Assembly: GCA_036140295.1 (NCBI GenBank)
Contig: JAYZYL010000004.1
Location: 7,636 to 71,635, forward strand
DNA: 64,000 bases
Direction: 5' to 3'
Source of the DNA: Pseudomonadota bacterium
GTDB taxonomy: Bacteria > Pseudomonadota > Gammaproteobacteria > GCA-002705445 > GCA-002716945
Shown in pieces: positions 1 to 12,800 of this stretch. The notes beneath the pieces are model-generated. The model was not told the origin of the DNA and did not search any database. It saw only the letters and a program-made list of their open reading frames with translations. Made by a program: the position numbers and the translations under genes. Each line of letters starts with the position of its first letter. The stretch's first letter is position 1.

Positions 1-1077
1 CAGTTTGGATTAACTTGGGGCTTGCAGTTAGGGGGAGGTTTTTCCTATATGTTGGCTTTAGGGGTTGGTTTAGTAATAGGAAACTTTTTTAAAGGCTTTG
101 CTAATTTTCTCAAAGAATCTGCAAAACCAGAATGGTTTATAAAAACTGCAATTGTCTATTTGGGAATAAAACTAGGCTTAATGTCCATGAAAGCATCTAG
201 TTTTGCTTTAGATTTGGCACTTGCTGGAGCAGCAGCAGTCTTTGTTGCATATCTCTTATTCTGGCCAATTATGTATACCATCGCTAGAAAACTATTTAAC
301 ATAGGTAGAGATGCTGCAGCTGTACTATCATCAGCTATATCTATATGTGGCGTTTCAGCTGCTATTGCAACAGCAGGAGCTATTAGAGCAAAACCAATCC
401 TTCCAATTGCTGTTTCAGTTTTAGTTGTAATTTATGCAATGATTGAACTTATAATTCTGCCAGGATTTTATACTGCAGTAGCTCCTAACCAACCAATTGT
501 AAATGGTGCTGCAATGGGAATGACCGTGAAAACTGATGGAGCAGATGCCGCTGCCGGTGCAATTTTAGATGAGATGATGGTGAGTCAACATCTAAAAGAA
601 ACCGGACAGTTGTGGGAGTCAGATTGGATTCTGAGTGCTGCAATCCTAACAAAGATATGGATTGATGTATTTATTGGGGTCTGGGCATTTTTATTAGCAT
701 TGTTATGGATGCATAAAGTTGAAAAAACCTCACATGAATCTCATATACCTGTTTCAGAAATTTGGTTTCGTTTCCCAAAATTCGTAATAGGTTATTTCAT
801 TGCTTGGTTCTTTTATGTTGGAATCATTCTTTGGTCTCCTGAAGTAAAGGATGCTGCAGCAGTAGGTGCTAATGTTGTCCAGAGCCCGATGAGAAAAATG
901 ATGTTTATGCTTACATTTGTAAGTATGGGAATTTTGACTGATTTCAGCAAACTAAAAGGCATGGGTAAATTTGCCCTGTTTTATGCAATTGGATTATTTG
1001 TTGTAATTGCTCCAATTGCATATGGAGTAGCGTACATATTTCATCATGGAATGATGCCGCCAATTAGTGGACAATAA
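1..1077 (+). CDS. YeiH / putative sulfate exporter (PSE) family membrane protein, 5'-partial
   Basis: Frame is open from base 1; multi-TM protein with the family-like SICGVSAAIATAGAI motif and a WFRFPKFVIG segment. Confidence 0.75.
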   Translation, partial: QFGLTWGLQLGGGFSYMLALGVGLVIGNFFKGFANFLKESAKPEWFIKTAIVYLGIKLGLMSMKASSFALDLALAGAAAVFVAYLLFWPIMYTIARKLFNIGRDAAAVLSSAISICGVSAAIATAGAIRAKPILPIAVSVLVVIYAMIELIILPGFYTAVAPNQPIVNGAAMGMTVKTDGADAAAGAILDEMMVSQHLKETGQLWESDWILSAAILTKIWIDVFIGVWAFLLALLWMHKVEKTSHESHIPVSEIWFRFPKFVIGYFIAWFFYVGIILWSPEVKDAAAVGANVVQSPMRKMMFMLTFVSMGILTDFSKLKGMGKFALFYAIGLFVVIAPIAYGVAYIFHHGMMPPISGQ

Positions 1078-1107
1078 ATATTACTGATTTTAGTAATTTT
1101 AGTAATC

Positions 1108-1136
1108 TTGTATAATTTTCAGTATTTCTCTATCAT
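1108..1136 (+). promoter_or_regulatory. sigma70-like promoter for tRNA-Thr/tuf
   Basis: TTGTAT-N17-TATCAT ending 13 nt before the tRNA. Confidence 0.55.
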
Positions 1137-1149
1137 CAAATAACAATTT

Positions 1150-1222
<73 letters not shown>

Positions 1223-1374
1223 AACCTTACGCAGACATTATTGAAATGAGGGTATACTGTCCTGAAACTACTCTATTTTCCACTAGATTTTGGTAAAATT
1301 TTAGTGTATTTGAGATAAAAAGTAGTTTATTATTACACCACTTAGAAATTGTAACTAAAACTGAGGTTTTAAAG

Positions 1375-2565
1375 ATGTCAAAGGAAAAATTTGAAAGAAA
1401 TAAACCACATGTAAATGTGGGAACAATTGGCCATGTAGATCATGGTAAGACTACACTTACCGCTGCCTTAACAAAAGTAATGGGCGAAAAGCATGGGGGT
1501 GAATTCAAGGCTTATGATCAGATTGATAATGCTCCTGAGGAAAAAGCTAGAGGGATAACCATTGCTACAGCTCATGTTGAATATGAGTCACCTGACAGAC
1601 ACTACGCTCATGTAGATTGTCCAGGACATGCTGATTATGTAAAAAATATGATTACTGGAGCCGCACAAATGGATGGTGCAATTTTAGTGGTTTCGGCCGC
1701 GGATGGACCAATGCCACAGACACGTGAACATATTTTATTGGCTAGGCAAGTAGGGGTGCCACATATTGTTGTTTATCTTAATAAGGCTGATCAAGTTGAT
1801 GATAAAGAATTAACAGATCTTGTTGAGATGGAAATTAGAGAGTTACTATCTAAGTATGATTTTCCAGGTGACAAAGTCCCTATAATTAGTGGATCGGCGC
1901 TAAAAGCTCTTGAAGGAGATACAGGTGATATAGGCCTTCCGTCAATAGAAAAATTAGTTGCAGAAATGGACAAGTTTATTCCAGTCCCAGAAAGACCAAT
2001 TGATGGAAAATTCTTGATGCCTATAGAAGATGTATTTTCAATATCTGGTAGAGGTACGGTAGTTACAGGAAGAATTGAAAGAGGGAAAGTAAACGTTGGC
2101 GATGAAATAGAGATAGTTGGGATTAGAGACACACAGAAAACAACTTGTACTGGTGTTGAAATGTTTAGAAAACTACTTGATGAAGGCGTTGCTGGCGACA
2201 ATGTAGGCGTATTACTCAGAGGTACGAAAAGAGAAGAAGTTGAACGTGGGCAAGTTCTTTGTATACCTGGGTCCGTTAAACCACATACCAAATTTGAATG
2301 CGAAGTTTATGTGTTATCAAAAGAAGAAGGAGGTAGGCACACTCCTTTTTTTGGTAATTATAGACCACAATTTTATTTTCGAACAACTGATGTGACTGGT
2401 GCAATAGTGCTTCCGAAGGATGTTGAAATGGTAATGCCTGGCGATAATGTCAAAATGAATGTTGAACTTATTACGCCAATTGCAATGGAAGAAAAATTGA
2501 AATTTGCGATTCGTGAAGGCGGCAAGACAGTTGGTGCTGGAGTTGTCTCTAAAGTTGTAGAGTAA
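1375..2565 (+). CDS. tuf: Elongation factor Tu
   Basis: [13 protein letters not shown] and NKAD GTPase motifs; 396 aa. Confidence 0.99.
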   Translation: MSKEKFERNKPHVNVGTIGHVDHGKTTLTAALTKVMGEKHGGEFKAYDQIDNAPEEKARGITIATAHVEYESPDRHYAHVDCPGHADYVKNMITGAAQMDGAILVVSAADGPMPQTREHILLARQVGVPHIVVYLNKADQVDDKELTDLVEMEIRELLSKYDFPGDKVPIISGSALKALEGDTGDIGLPSIEKLVAEMDKFIPVPERPIDGKFLMPIEDVFSISGRGTVVTGRIERGKVNVGDEIEIVGIRDTQKTTCTGVEMFRKLLDEGVAGDNVGVLLRGTKREEVERGQVLCIPGSVKPHTKFECEVYVLSKEEGGRHTPFFGNYRPQFYFRTTDVTGAIVLPKDVEMVMPGDNVKMNVELITPIAMEEKLKFAIREGGKTVGAGVVSKVVE

Positions 2566-2595
2566 GGGCCGATCATCTGATTTAATTAGATTGAT

Positions 2596-2668
2596 AGGCT
2601 AGTAGCTCAATTGGTAGAGCGACGGTCTCCAAAACCGTAGGTTGGGGGTTCGAGTCCCTCCTGGCCTG
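2596..2668 (+). tRNA. tRNA-Trp(CCA)
   Basis: Acceptor AGGCTAG/CTGGCCT, anticodon arm ACGGT-CTCCAAA-ACCGT, GGTTCGAGTCC T-arm; canonical tuf-trnW-secE position; CCA end not encoded. Confidence 0.97.
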
Positions 2669-2692
2669 ATAGGATTCTATGGGAAGTATGTT

Positions 2693-3058
2693 ATGGCTGA
2701 GTCAGAAAAATTAAATAATAATACGCCCCTATTGCTATTATCAATGGCTATATTAATTGTTGGAATATGGTCATTTTACTATTTTGCCGAAATCCGTTTA
2801 TTTTATAGAGTTTTAGCTCTCATCTCTATTTTGGTAGTTTCAAGCCTTATAACGTATCAGACAGATTTTGGGAAAACAGTCTACACTTATATAACAGACT
2901 CTAAAATTGAATTAAAAAAAGTCGTTTGGCCAACCAAACAAGAAACTACGCAGACAGCACTTGGAGTTTTGGTGGTTGTTATAATAATAGGTATACTACT
3001 TTGGCTATTTGATATGTTATTAGGTTGGGCCGTAGGAACCTTATACGGGGTTAGATAA
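2693..3058 (+). CDS. secE: Preprotein translocase subunit SecE (3-TM form)
   Basis: ELKKVVWPTKQET motif; start moved to ATG 2693 because the 2642 start lies inside tRNA-Trp. Confidence 0.95.
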   Translation: MAESEKLNNNTPLLLLSMAILIVGIWSFYYFAEIRLFYRVLALISILVVSSLITYQTDFGKTVYTYITDSKIELKKVVWPTKQETTQTALGVLVVVIIIGILLWLFDMLLGWAVGTLYGVR

Positions 3059-3063
3059 TTAAT

Positions 3064-3597
3064 ATGGCAATGAAATGGTATGTTTTGCAATCTTTTTCAG
3101 GTTATGAAAACAAGGTTAAGCTGGCAATAGAAGATAGAATTAAAAGAAGCGGATTTCAGAATTCTTTTGAGGAAATTTTAGTTCCAACAGAAGAGGTTTT
3201 AGAAATTAAAGAAGGACAGAAGAAGAGAACTGAAAGAAAATATTTCCCTGGATATGTAATGATAAAAATGGATTTAAATGATGATACTTGGCATTTGGTA
3301 AGAAATGTTCCAAAAGTCCTTGGCTTTGTTGGTGCTACGGGAGAAAAGCCTGTCCCATTAAAGAAAAGTGAGGCTGAGAATTTGATTCAATCTATGCAGA
3401 AAGGTGTTGATAAACCAAAACCTAAAGTTATGTTTGAGACAGGAGAAGTTATTAGGATTACTGATGGCCCGTTTAATGATTTCAATGGTGTTGTTGAAAC
3501 AGTTGATTTTGAAAAAAACCGACTAAGAGTTTCTGTTCTTGTATTTGGAAAACCAACTCCTATTGAATTGTCGTTAACACAAGTAGAAAAGGGATAA
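3064..3597 (+). CDS. nusG: Transcription termination/antitermination factor NusG
   Basis: WYVLQ..SGYE, FPGYV, KOW domain GPFNDFNG. Confidence 0.98.
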   Translation: MAMKWYVLQSFSGYENKVKLAIEDRIKRSGFQNSFEEILVPTEEVLEIKEGQKKRTERKYFPGYVMIKMDLNDDTWHLVRNVPKVLGFVGATGEKPVPLKKSEAENLIQSMQKGVDKPKPKVMFETGEVIRITDGPFNDFNGVVETVDFEKNRLRVSVLVFGKPTPIELSLTQVEKG

Positions 3598-3601
3598 AGA
3601 A

Positions 3602-4030
3602 ATGGCAAAAGAATTAATAAATCAAGTAAAATTACAAGTTCCAGCGGGAAGCGCAAACCCAGCCCCACCAGTTGGGCCTGCTTTAGGTCAGCATGGCCTA
3701 AACATACAAGAATTCTGTAAACAATTTAATGATAGGACCAAAGATACTGAGAAAGGACTTGCCTTACCAGTTGTAATTAATGTTTATAAAGACAGGTCTT
3801 TTGACTTTATTATAAAATCAACCCCAGCAGCAATTTTATTAAAAAAGGCAGCGGGTATCAAAAAAGGCAGCCCAACACCTCAAAGTGAAAAGGTAGGAAA
3901 GGTTACTGTTAAACAAATTGAGGAGATTGTTAAACAAAAAGAAGGAGATTTAACCGCAGCAGATATGAAGAGGGCAGTCAATATAATTGCAGGAACAGCT
4001 CGAAGTATGGGAATTGAGGTAGAAAAATAA
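3602..4030 (+). CDS. rplK: 50S ribosomal protein L11
   Basis: [15 protein letters not shown] motif. Confidence 0.99.
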   Translation: MAKELINQVKLQVPAGSANPAPPVGPALGQHGLNIQEFCKQFNDRTKDTEKGLALPVVINVYKDRSFDFIIKSTPAAILLKKAAGIKKGSPTPQSEKVGKVTVKQIEEIVKQKEGDLTAADMKRAVNIIAGTARSMGIEVEK

Positions 4031-4032
4031 CT

Positions 4033-4734
4033 ATGGGAGTTAGTAAAAGAAGAAAAATAATTTTAGACAAAGTAGATGTTATGAAAATATATGCTTTACA
4101 AGAAGCTATTAATTTATTAAAGAATCTTCCAAAATTAAAATTTAATGAAACAGTAGATATTAGTGTAAATTTAGGTATAGATGTTAAGAAGTCAGATGAG
4201 ACTGTACGTGGCTCATCAACACTTCCTCACGGAATTGGGAAAACCTCTAATGTTGTTGTCTTTGCTGAAGGTGAGGATGCGATAGCAGCAAAAAAAGCCG
4301 GCGCCGATAAAGTTGGATTTGAAGATTTAATAGAAGAAGTAAAGAAAAATAAGGACCTAGATGCTGATATAGTAATTGCATCTCCCGATTGCATGAAATT
4401 ATTAGGGCAACTTGGCAGAATATTAGGGCCAAAAAATTTAATGCCTAATCCAAAGGAGGGGACAGTTACTAAAAACATTGTACAGGCTGTTGAAAAAGCA
4501 AAAAAAGGACAAATACGCTATAAAATTGATAAAGCCGGAATAATACATACAACAGTTGGAAGGCTGGATTTTGAGGAAAAGAAATTAGCAGAAAATATTA
4601 AAACCCTTGTAGATGACCTAAATAAAGCAAAACCTTCCTCCACTAAAGGAAAATACATGAAAAATCTTACATTATCCTCTACAATGGGACCCGGAATTAA
4701 GGTAGACTTATCCACAATTGTAGAGAGAACATAG
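4033..4734 (+). CDS. rplA: 50S ribosomal protein L1
   Basis: LGRILGPKNLMPNPK and SSTMGPG motifs. Confidence 0.99.
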   Translation: MGVSKRRKIILDKVDVMKIYALQEAINLLKNLPKLKFNETVDISVNLGIDVKKSDETVRGSSTLPHGIGKTSNVVVFAEGEDAIAAKKAGADKVGFEDLIEEVKKNKDLDADIVIASPDCMKLLGQLGRILGPKNLMPNPKEGTVTKNIVQAVEKAKKGQIRYKIDKAGIIHTTVGRLDFEEKKLAENIKTLVDDLNKAKPSSTKGKYMKNLTLSSTMGPGIKVDLSTIVERT

Positions 4735-4736
4735 CT

Positions 4737-5258
4737 ATGGCATTGAATTTAGAATCAAAGAAGAGTTTAGTTAAAGAAGTTTCAGATGTACTTAATCAGG
4801 CTGAAACAGTACTTACTGCTGATTATCGTGGGTTAACCTCAAATGAACTAAATGAATTTAGAAAAATATCCAGGGAATCTGATATTTATATAAAAGTGGT
4901 AAAAAATAACATGTTAAAAATGGCCTTAAAGGATTCTGAATTCTCAGCGTTAGGCGAAAAGATAATGGGACCGCAGATCCTTGCAGTTTCAAAAGCTAAC
5001 CTTGGGGATTTTGCTAAATTAATAAAAAAATTTATTGATAAACATGAAAGTATTGAGATTAAATCATTAGCGTATAGAGGAAGTGAACTTGATGTATCTG
5101 AAATTAAAAAACTAGCTTCTTTACCATCATACGATGAGGCAATATCAATGCTTATGTCGGTTATGCAGGCGCCAGTGCAAAAACTTTTAGCTACGATAAA
5201 TGCAATTCCGACTAAAATTGTTAGAACTTTAGATGCAATTAAACAATCTAAGAATTAG
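4737..5258 (+). CDS. rplJ: 50S ribosomal protein L10
   Basis: DYRGLT, VVKN, LASLPS motifs; synteny. Confidence 0.97.
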   Translation: MALNLESKKSLVKEVSDVLNQAETVLTADYRGLTSNELNEFRKISRESDIYIKVVKNNMLKMALKDSEFSALGEKIMGPQILAVSKANLGDFAKLIKKFIDKHESIEIKSLAYRGSELDVSEIKKLASLPSYDEAISMLMSVMQAPVQKLLATINAIPTKIVRTLDAIKQSKN

Positions 5259-5285
5259 TATTATTTTTGAAAGGAGACTATAAAA

Positions 5286-5666
5286 ATGGCAGTAACAAAA
5301 GATCAGATCCTAGAAACGATTTCTAAAATGACCGTTATGGAAGTTGTAGATTTAGTTTCAGAAATGGAAGAAAAGTTTGGCGTGAAAGCAGCAGCAGCAG
5401 CACCAGCAGCAGCACCAGCAGCAGCAGAAGGTGGTGACGCAGCAGCAGAAGAAAAAACAGAATTTGACATTTCTCTGACAAGTTTTGGCGGTAATAAAGT
5501 TGCTGTTATTAAAGCAGCTAGAGCTATTACAGGACTAGGACTCGGTGAGGCAAAGAGTAAAGTTGAAAGTGCTCCTTGCATATTAAAAGAAGGTGTAAAA
5601 AAGGAAGAGGCTGAGAGTTTTAAAAAACAGCTTGAAGAAGCTGGTGCCACTGTTGAACTTAAATAA
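5286..5666 (+). CDS. rplL: 50S ribosomal protein L7/L12
   Basis: Ala/Pro hinge, EEKTEF, ITGLGL; AAGGAG SD upstream. Confidence 0.99.
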   Translation: MAVTKDQILETISKMTVMEVVDLVSEMEEKFGVKAAAAAPAAAPAAAEGGDAAAEEKTEFDISLTSFGGNKVAVIKAARAITGLGLGEAKSKVESAPCILKEGVKKEEAESFKKQLEEAGATVELK

Positions 5667-5753
5667 TCGCATTGAAATTAAGTACGACTTTCTAAAATTT
5701 AATGATTAGGTGTTGCCTGGTGATAAAGGGCGATATTAGAAGAGTATTTGTTT

Positions 5754-8700
5754 ATGAAATATAGCTATACAGCAAAAAAAAGAATAAGAAAAAATTTCGG
5801 GAAACTAAGTGATGTATTACCCATACCAAATTTAATAGAATTACAATTAACTTCGTATAGTCAATTTCTAGATCGGGAAAATCCTAATTACAAGGAGTCT
5901 GGCCTACACAGAGTTTTTGAATCAGTTTTTCCAATATATGATTATTCAAACAATATTAAACTTGAGTATAATGGCTATACACTTGGCAAAGAAGAATATA
6001 CAGAAGAAGAATGCCGTATAAATGGGAAAACCTACTCAGTTCCACTAAAAGTCAATTTAAAGCTTACTGTTGGGATTGATCCAAAATCATCCGTTAAACT
6101 TGAAGTTTTTGAAAACCCAGAAGTATTTCTAGGTGATTTACCTATTATGTCAAGGTTTGGAACATTCATTATAAATGGAACGGAACGAGTCGTCGTATCC
6201 CAATTACATCGTTCCCCAGGAGTATTTTTTGATCATGATAAAGGAAAAACACATGCATCTGGAAAACTTTTATTTTCAGCTAGAGTTATCCCATACAGAG
6301 GATCTTGGTTAGATTTTGAGTTCGATCAGAACGACATCATATTTTCTCGTATTGATCGCCGAAGAAAACTGCCTGCAACAATAATTCTCCGTGCTCTTGG
6401 ATACAGCTCTAAAGAAATAATTGATATGTTTTATACAGAAAATGTCGTAACCATTGATAAAGGACAATTATTCCTCAAACAATCTTTAGTAGATTTGAAA
6501 GGAAGTATCGCTCCTTTTAACATTGTACATCGGAAAAAAACATTAGTTGAAAAGGGAAAGAGAATTAATGCTAAACATATTGATGTATTTAAGAAATCTA
6601 AATTAGATGGATTTAATATCCCTAAAGAATATTTGCTTGGGAAAAGAATTGCTGAAGACGTAGTTGATAGTAAAACAGGGGAATTATTTTTCGCGTGTAA
6701 TCAGCAAATTGATAGGGAATCAGTTGAAAAGCTAACAGATAGTAAATTAAAGAAAATAAAAATTTTATACACAAACGAGTTGGATCGTGGCCCTTTTATT
6801 TGCAATACATTAGATAAAGACCCAACAAGTGATCAAGATACTGCACTTATAGAAATTTATAGAATGATGAGGCCAGGTGAACCACCAACAAAAGAAGCTG
6901 CTACTCAGTTATTTAATAACCTCTTCCAGTCTTCTGACAGGTATGATTTATCTTCTGTAGGAAGAATGAAGTTCAACTCTCGTGTTGGAAGACAGAAAGC
7001 TGATAGTAAAGAAACTGATGGAATATTATCTAATGATGACATCATTGATGTATTAAAAACATTAATCAACATAAGAAACGGTTTTGATAGTGTTGATGAC
7101 ATTGACCATCTTGGAAACAGAAGACTTAAATGTGTTGGGGAAATGGTAGAGAATGTTTTTCGAGTTGGACTTGTCCGTGTTGAAAAAGCTGTTAAGGAGA
7201 GATTGAGCACAATGGAATTAGCAGACAAATTACAACCAAAAGATATTGTAAATTCAAAACCAATCACTGCTACCCTTAAAGAATTTTTTGGGACAAGTCA
7301 GTTGTCTCAATTTATGGATCAAAATAATCCGCTAGCTGAAATTACACATAAGAGACGTATATCTGCATTAGGTCCAGGAGGATTAACTAGAGAAAGAGCA
7401 GGTTTTGAAGTTAGAGATGTCCATCCGACTCATTATGGTAGAGTCTGTCCTATAGAAACCCCTGAAGGTCCAAATATTGGACTTATAAATTCTTTAGCTA
7501 CTTTCTCACGGACTAATAAATATGGGTTTCTTGAAACACCATATAGGAAGGTAATGAGAGGAAAAGTAAAAAATCAAATTGAGTGGCTTTCGGCAATTGA
7601 AGAAAGTAGATTTGTAATAGCACAAGCAAATACTAAGTTAAGTGACCGAGGTGAAATAATAGGTGACTTAATTTCTTGTCGCTTTGATAATGAGTTTACA
7701 ATTTCTTCTCCAGACAAAGTAGAACTTATGGATATATCTCCAAAGCAAGTAGTTTCCGTTGCAGCTGCACTAATACCATTTCTAGAACATGATGATGCTA
7801 ATAGGGCTTTGATGGGTTCAAATATGCAAAGACAAGCTGTGCCAATATTAAAACCTGAAAAACCACTTGTAGGAACAGGAATTGAAAAAACAGTTGCTAT
7901 TGATTCAGGGGCATCGTTTGTTGTAAATCGAGGAGGAGTAGTTGATTATGTTGATGCTTCAAGAATTATTGTAAATGTAAATGATGATGAGGTTAGATCA
8001 GATAATGATACTGGTGTAGATATATATCCACTGACAAAATATAAAAGAACAAATCAAAACACTTGCATTAACCAAAGACCATTAGTTAAGACCGGCGATG
8101 TAATAGAAAAAGGTGATGTTATTGCTGATGGGCCATCAACAGATTTAGGAGAATTAGCGCTTGGACAAAACCTTCTTATTGCATTTATGCCATGGAATGG
8201 ATATAACTTTGAAGATTCAATACTTGTTTCAGAGAGAGTTGTTCAAGAAGACAGGTTTACGTCAATTCATATTGAAGAATTAGAATGTGTTGCACGTGAT
8301 ACCAAATTAGGATCAGAAGAAATAACCGCAGATATTCCCAATGTCAGTGAAAGTTTATTAAATAAATTGGATGAATCAGGAATAGTTTATGTAGGGGCTG
8401 AAGTTAAATCAAATGACATACTAGTTGGGAAAGTTACCCCCAAAGGTGAAAGTCAATTAACACCTGAAGAAAAACTATTAAGAGCAATTTTTGGTGAAAA
8501 AGCATCTGATGTAAAGGATAGCTCATTAAAGGTTCCATCTGGGATGGATGGAACAGTTATTGATGTTCGTGTATTTACAAGAGAAGGGGTAGATAAAGAT
8601 AAAAGAGCGCTTGATATACAGGATTCAGCAATAAAATTAGCAAGGAAAAACTTAGAAGATGAATTAAGAATTAATCAGGAAAATATATATGTACGAATTC

Positions 8701-9851
8701 GTAAAATGTTACTTAATAAAATGGTTGTCAAAGGACCAGGTAGTTTTAAGAAGGGGATGAAAATTACTGAATCTTCATTAGAAAGTATTAATAATAATGA
8801 ACTAGTAGGGTTTCAAGTAAAAACAGAAGCCATAAATAAAAACCTTTCTAAGATTCGTGGCCAACTTGATGAGTTAGAGGCAAAGTTTAATAGTGATCTT
8901 GAACATGCAACACAAAAGATTTCTCAAGCTGACGATTTGGGTCCAGGAATACAAAAAAAGATTAAAGTTTATTTAGCTGTAAAGAGAACTCTTCAACCTG
9001 GTGATAAAATGGCTGGTAGACATGGTAATAAAGGAGTTATCTCACAAATTGTACCTGTTGAAGACATGCCTCATACAGAAGAAGGGAGACCAGTTGATAT
9101 TATATTAAATCCACTTGGAGTTCCATCCCGAATGAATGTTGGACAGGTATTGGAGACACATTTAGGTTGGGCTGCCAAAGGAATAGGTCTTAAAATAGGG
9201 AAAATGCTTGATGAAAGTAAAGACGCAAAAAATCTTAGAAGTTATCTTAACAAAGTTTATAGTACATGCCCCGGCTATAATAAACCGCAGCTAAAATCCT
9301 TCTCTGATAATGAAATTTTTACACTATCTAATAATGTTAGAAATGGTATACCAATGGCAACACCAGTATTTGACGGAGCATCTGAAGACGAAATTAAACT
9401 TATGTTGGAATTGGCAGATTTACCACTTAGTGGACAGGCAACTCTTATAGACGGAAGAACAGGAAATAAATTTGAGAGGCCAGTAACAATAGGGTATATG
9501 TATATGGTTAAATTAAACCATCTTGTCGACGATAAAATGCATGCTCGTTCGACAGGACCATACAGTCTAGTAACACAACAACCTCTTGGAGGGAAGGCCC
9601 AATTTGGAGGACAAAGATTTGGAGAAATGGAAGTTTGGGCTTTACAAGCATATGGAGCGTCTCACACGTTACAAGAAATACTTACAGTAAAATCAGATGA
9701 TGTAGTTGGAAGAAATCGTGTATATAAAAATATAGTTGATGGAGACTTCAACACAGATCCTAATGTGCCAGAGTCATTTAATGTTTTATTAAAAGAAATT
9801 AGATCTTTGGGAATAAATATTGATCTTGGCCTAGATAACAAAGAAAATTAA
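5754..9851 (+). CDS. rpoB: RNA polymerase beta subunit
   Basis: [31 protein letters not shown]; ATG 5754 preferred to TTG 5748. Confidence 0.99.
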   Translation: MKYSYTAKKRIRKNFGKLSDVLPIPNLIELQLTSYSQFLDRENPNYKESGLHRVFESVFPIYDYSNNIKLEYNGYTLGKEEYTEEECRINGKTYSVPLKVNLKLTVGIDPKSSVKLEVFENPEVFLGDLPIMSRFGTFIINGTERVVVSQLHRSPGVFFDHDKGKTHASGKLLFSARVIPYRGSWLDFEFDQNDIIFSRIDRRRKLPATIILRALGYSSKEIIDMFYTENVVTIDKGQLFLKQSLVDLKGSIAPFNIVHRKKTLVEKGKRINAKHIDVFKKSKLDGFNIPKEYLLGKRIAEDVVDSKTGELFFACNQQIDRESVEKLTDSKLKKIKILYTNELDRGPFICNTLDKDPTSDQDTALIEIYRMMRPGEPPTKEAATQLFNNLFQSSDRYDLSSVGRMKFNSRVGRQKADSKETDGILSNDDIIDVLKTLINIRNGFDSVDDIDHLGNRRLKCVGEMVENVFRVGLVRVEKAVKERLSTMELADKLQPKDIVNSKPITATLKEFFGTSQLSQFMDQNNPLAEITHKRRISALGPGGLTRERAGFEVRDVHPTHYGRVCPIETPEGPNIGLINSLATFSRTNKYGFLETPYRKVMRGKVKNQIEWLSAIEESRFVIAQANTKLSDRGEIIGDLISCRFDNEFTISSPDKVELMDISPKQVVSVAAALIPFLEHDDANRALMGSNMQRQAVPILKPEKPLVGTGIEKTVAIDSGASFVVNRGGVVDYVDASRIIVNVNDDEVRSDNDTGVDIYPLTKYKRTNQNTCINQRPLVKTGDVIEKGDVIADGPSTDLGELALGQNLLIAFMPWNGYNFEDSILVSERVVQEDRFTSIHIEELECVARDTKLGSEEITADIPNVSESLLNKLDESGIVYVGAEVKSNDILVGKVTPKGESQLTPEEKLLRAIFGEKASDVKDSSLKVPSGMDGTVIDVRVFTREGVDKDKRALDIQDSAIKLARKNLEDELRINQENIYVRIRKMLLNKMVVKGPGSFKKGMKITESSLESINNNELVGFQVKTEAINKNLSKIRGQLDELEAKFNSDLEHATQKISQADDLGPGIQKKIKVYLAVKRTLQPGDKMAGRHGNKGVISQIVPVEDMPHTEEGRPVDIILNPLGVPSRMNVGQVLETHLGWAAKGIGLKIGKMLDESKDAKNLRSYLNKVYSTCPGYNKPQLKSFSDNEIFTLSNNVRNGIPMATPVFDGASEDEIKLMLELADLPLSGQATLIDGRTGNKFERPVTIGYMYMVKLNHLVDDKMHARSTGPYSLVTQQPLGGKAQFGGQRFGEMEVWALQAYGASHTLQEILTVKSDDVVGRNRVYKNIVDGDFNTDPNVPESFNVLLKEIRSLGINIDLGLDNKEN

Positions 9852-9861
9852 GAGACTATAA

Positions 9862-12800
9862 ATGAAAGATATTTTAAATTTATTCAAGAAAGCGACTAAT
9901 GAAAATAGTTTTGACCATGTGAAAATATCACTTGCATCTCCCGACTTAATGAGATCATGGTCCTATGGTGAAGTCAAAAAACCAGAAACAATTAATTATA
10001 GAACTTTCAAGCCTGAAAGAGATGGACTCTTTTGTGCAAAGATATTTGGTCCAACCAAGGACTATGAATGTCTATGTGGCAAATATAAAAGACTAAAACA
10101 TCGAGGTGTCATCTGTGAGAAATGTGGAGTAGAGGTAACATTATCAAAAGTTAGAAGGGATCGTATGGGGCATATTGAACTGGCATCGCCAGTTGCACAT
10201 ATTTGGTATTTGCGCTCACTTCCATCAAGAATTGGCCTTATGCTTGATATGACTCTCAGAGAAATTGAAAAAGTATTATATTTTGAATCGTATATAGTTG
10301 TTGACCCAGGGGTAACACCTTTTGATAAGGGGCAGTTGTTGAATGAAGAGGCATATCAAAAAGCTATAGAAGAACATGGAACAGATTTCAAGGCATCGAT
10401 GGGAGCGGAAGCAATTAAAGAACTCTTAAGTGAAATAGAATTAAAGAAAGAATTTGATGGGTTGAAAGAAGATATATTGACAACTAAATCCCAAGCTAAA
10501 AACAAAAGAAATGTTAAAAGACTAAAATTAATTGAATCATTTATTAAATCAAAAAATAATCCTGAATGGATGATACTAAGCGTCCTTCCTGTTCTTCCAC
10601 CAGATTTAAGACCACTTGTTCCGTTAGAAGGGGGAAGGTTTGCAACTTCTGATTTGAATGATTTGTATAGAAGAGTGATTAACAGAAATAATAGATTGAA
10701 ACGTTTGTTAGAATTAAAAGCTCCAGAAATAATAGTAAGAAATGAAAAAAGAATGTTGCAAGAATCAGTAGATGCACTTCTTGATAATGGTAGAAGAGGA
10801 AGAGCAATAACTGGTAGCAACAAACGACCTCTGAAATCCCTAGCAGATATGATTAAAGGAAAACAGGGGCGGTTTAGGCAGAACTTGTTAGGCAAGAGAG
10901 TTGATTATTCAGGTAGATCTGTAATTGTCGTTGGTCCAACACTAAGATTACATCAATGCGGTATCCCAAAAAAAATGGCTCTTGAATTATTTAAACCACA
11001 TATATTTGGAAAGTTACACACTAGAGGAATAGCAACTACGATTAAAGCTGCAAAAAAGGTAGTTGAAAAAGAAGGTGAAGAAGTTTGGGATATTCTTGAG
11101 GAGATTATAAAAGAGTACCCTGTATTACTTAATAGAGCGCCAACATTGCATCGACTAGGAATTCAGGCTTTTGAACCTATTCTAATTGAAGGTAAAGCAA
11201 TACAATTACACCCACTTGTTTGTGCTGCTTTCAATGCAGATTTTGATGGTGATCAAATGGCAGTCCATGTACCACTATCTGTTGATGCACAAATTGAATC
11301 ACGTGTATTAATGATGTCTACAAACAATATATTATCTCCATCAAATGGCAGCCCTATTATAGTTCCTTCGCAAGACATTGTTCTTGGAATATATTATTTG
11401 TCTCGTAAAAAACCAAATGCTCTTGGAGAAGGAATGATTTTTACAGATGTTGATGAAGTACATCGTGCATATGAAGAAAGACTTGTGGATATCCAAGCTT
11501 CCATTAAGGTCCGAATAGAAGAAAATTCAGAAAATGGAGAAGGAGAATCACAACTTAAGTTGGTTGAAACAACAGTTGGTAGAGCATTACTTGCCGAAGC
11601 CTTGCCAAATAAAATACCTTTTAAATATATTAATAAAGATTTAGACAAAAGAGCAATTTCAGAACTGTTTGATGCGTCTTATAGACTAGCTGGACTTAAA
11701 GATACAGTTTTACTAGCTGATCAAATAATGTATACCGGATTTAAATATTCTACTGTTGCGGGTGTTTCTATCGGAGTAGATGATATGGTTATTCCGACAG
11801 AAAAAAGTAAAATTACATCTAAGGCAGAAAAAGAAGTAAAAGACATTGAAAAACAATATAACTCAGGACTTTTAACAGCTGGAGAAAGATACAATAAAGT
11901 TGTGGATATTTGGTCCCATACTAATGACCAGGTTTCTGCAGCAATGATGAAACAACTTGGGACAGAAAGTACCAAATTAAAAGATGGGAAAACAGTGGAA
12001 CACAAATCGTTCAATTCTATCTTTATGATGGCCGATTCTGGTGCAAGAGGATCTGCAGCACAAATAAGACAATTATCAGGAATGAGAGGTTTGATGGCAA
12101 AGCCTGACGGCTCAATTATTGAAACTCCAATTACGGCGAACTTTAGAGAAGGCCTAGATGTAATGCAATATTTTATTTCAACACATGGAGCAAGAAAAGG
12201 GTTAGCAGATACAGCTCTCAAAACAGCAAACTCGGGTTATTTAACCAGAAGGTTGGTCGATGTTTCTCAAGATTTAGTGGTAACTGAATTAGATTGTGAA
12301 ACAAAATCAGGAATTTTAATGAAACCATTGATTGAAGGAGGGGATATAGTTGAGACACTTCAAGAAAGGGTTTTAGGTAGAACCATATTAAAGGATGTAA
12401 AAGACACTTCAGGAAAAACAGTTTTAGAAGAAGGAACTCTTCTTGATGAACATAACGTTCTTGTACTTGAAAAAAATAGTATAGACGAAGTTTGGGTAAG
12501 ATCTGTAATAACGTGTGAAACAAGATATGGTGTATGCAGCAAATGTTATGGCAGAGACTTAGCTAAAGGTCGACTTGTATCTAATGGAGAAGCAGTGGGA
12601 GTCATAGCTGCACAGTCAATTGGTGAGCCTGGAACACAGTTAACAATGAGAACATTTCATATAGGGGGTGCGGCGTCAAGAGCTGTAGCCGCTAATAGCA
12701 TAGAGGTTAAAATAAATGGGACCGTCAGATTCCACAACTTAAATGTTGTAAAAAATTCTGACAATCAAAATATAGTTGTTTCAAGATCAGGAGAACTTGG

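Noticed and set aside
1080-1106. ATTACT-GATTTT-AGTAAT inverted repeat and short TTTTAGTAAT duplication after the YeiH-like gene
   Set aside because: Too AT-rich and weak to call a terminator or operator
2642-2692. N-terminal extension of SecE in the ORF track
   Set aside because: Starts inside tRNA-Trp; ATG 2693 gives a normal protein
5388-5426. GCA trinucleotide repeat
   Set aside because: Encodes the ordinary Ala/Pro hinge of L7/L12
7280-7385. RpoB rifampicin-region variants (GTSQ, PLAEI)
   Set aside because: Key Q, D, H and S residues are wild type; these substitutions occur naturally in other taxa
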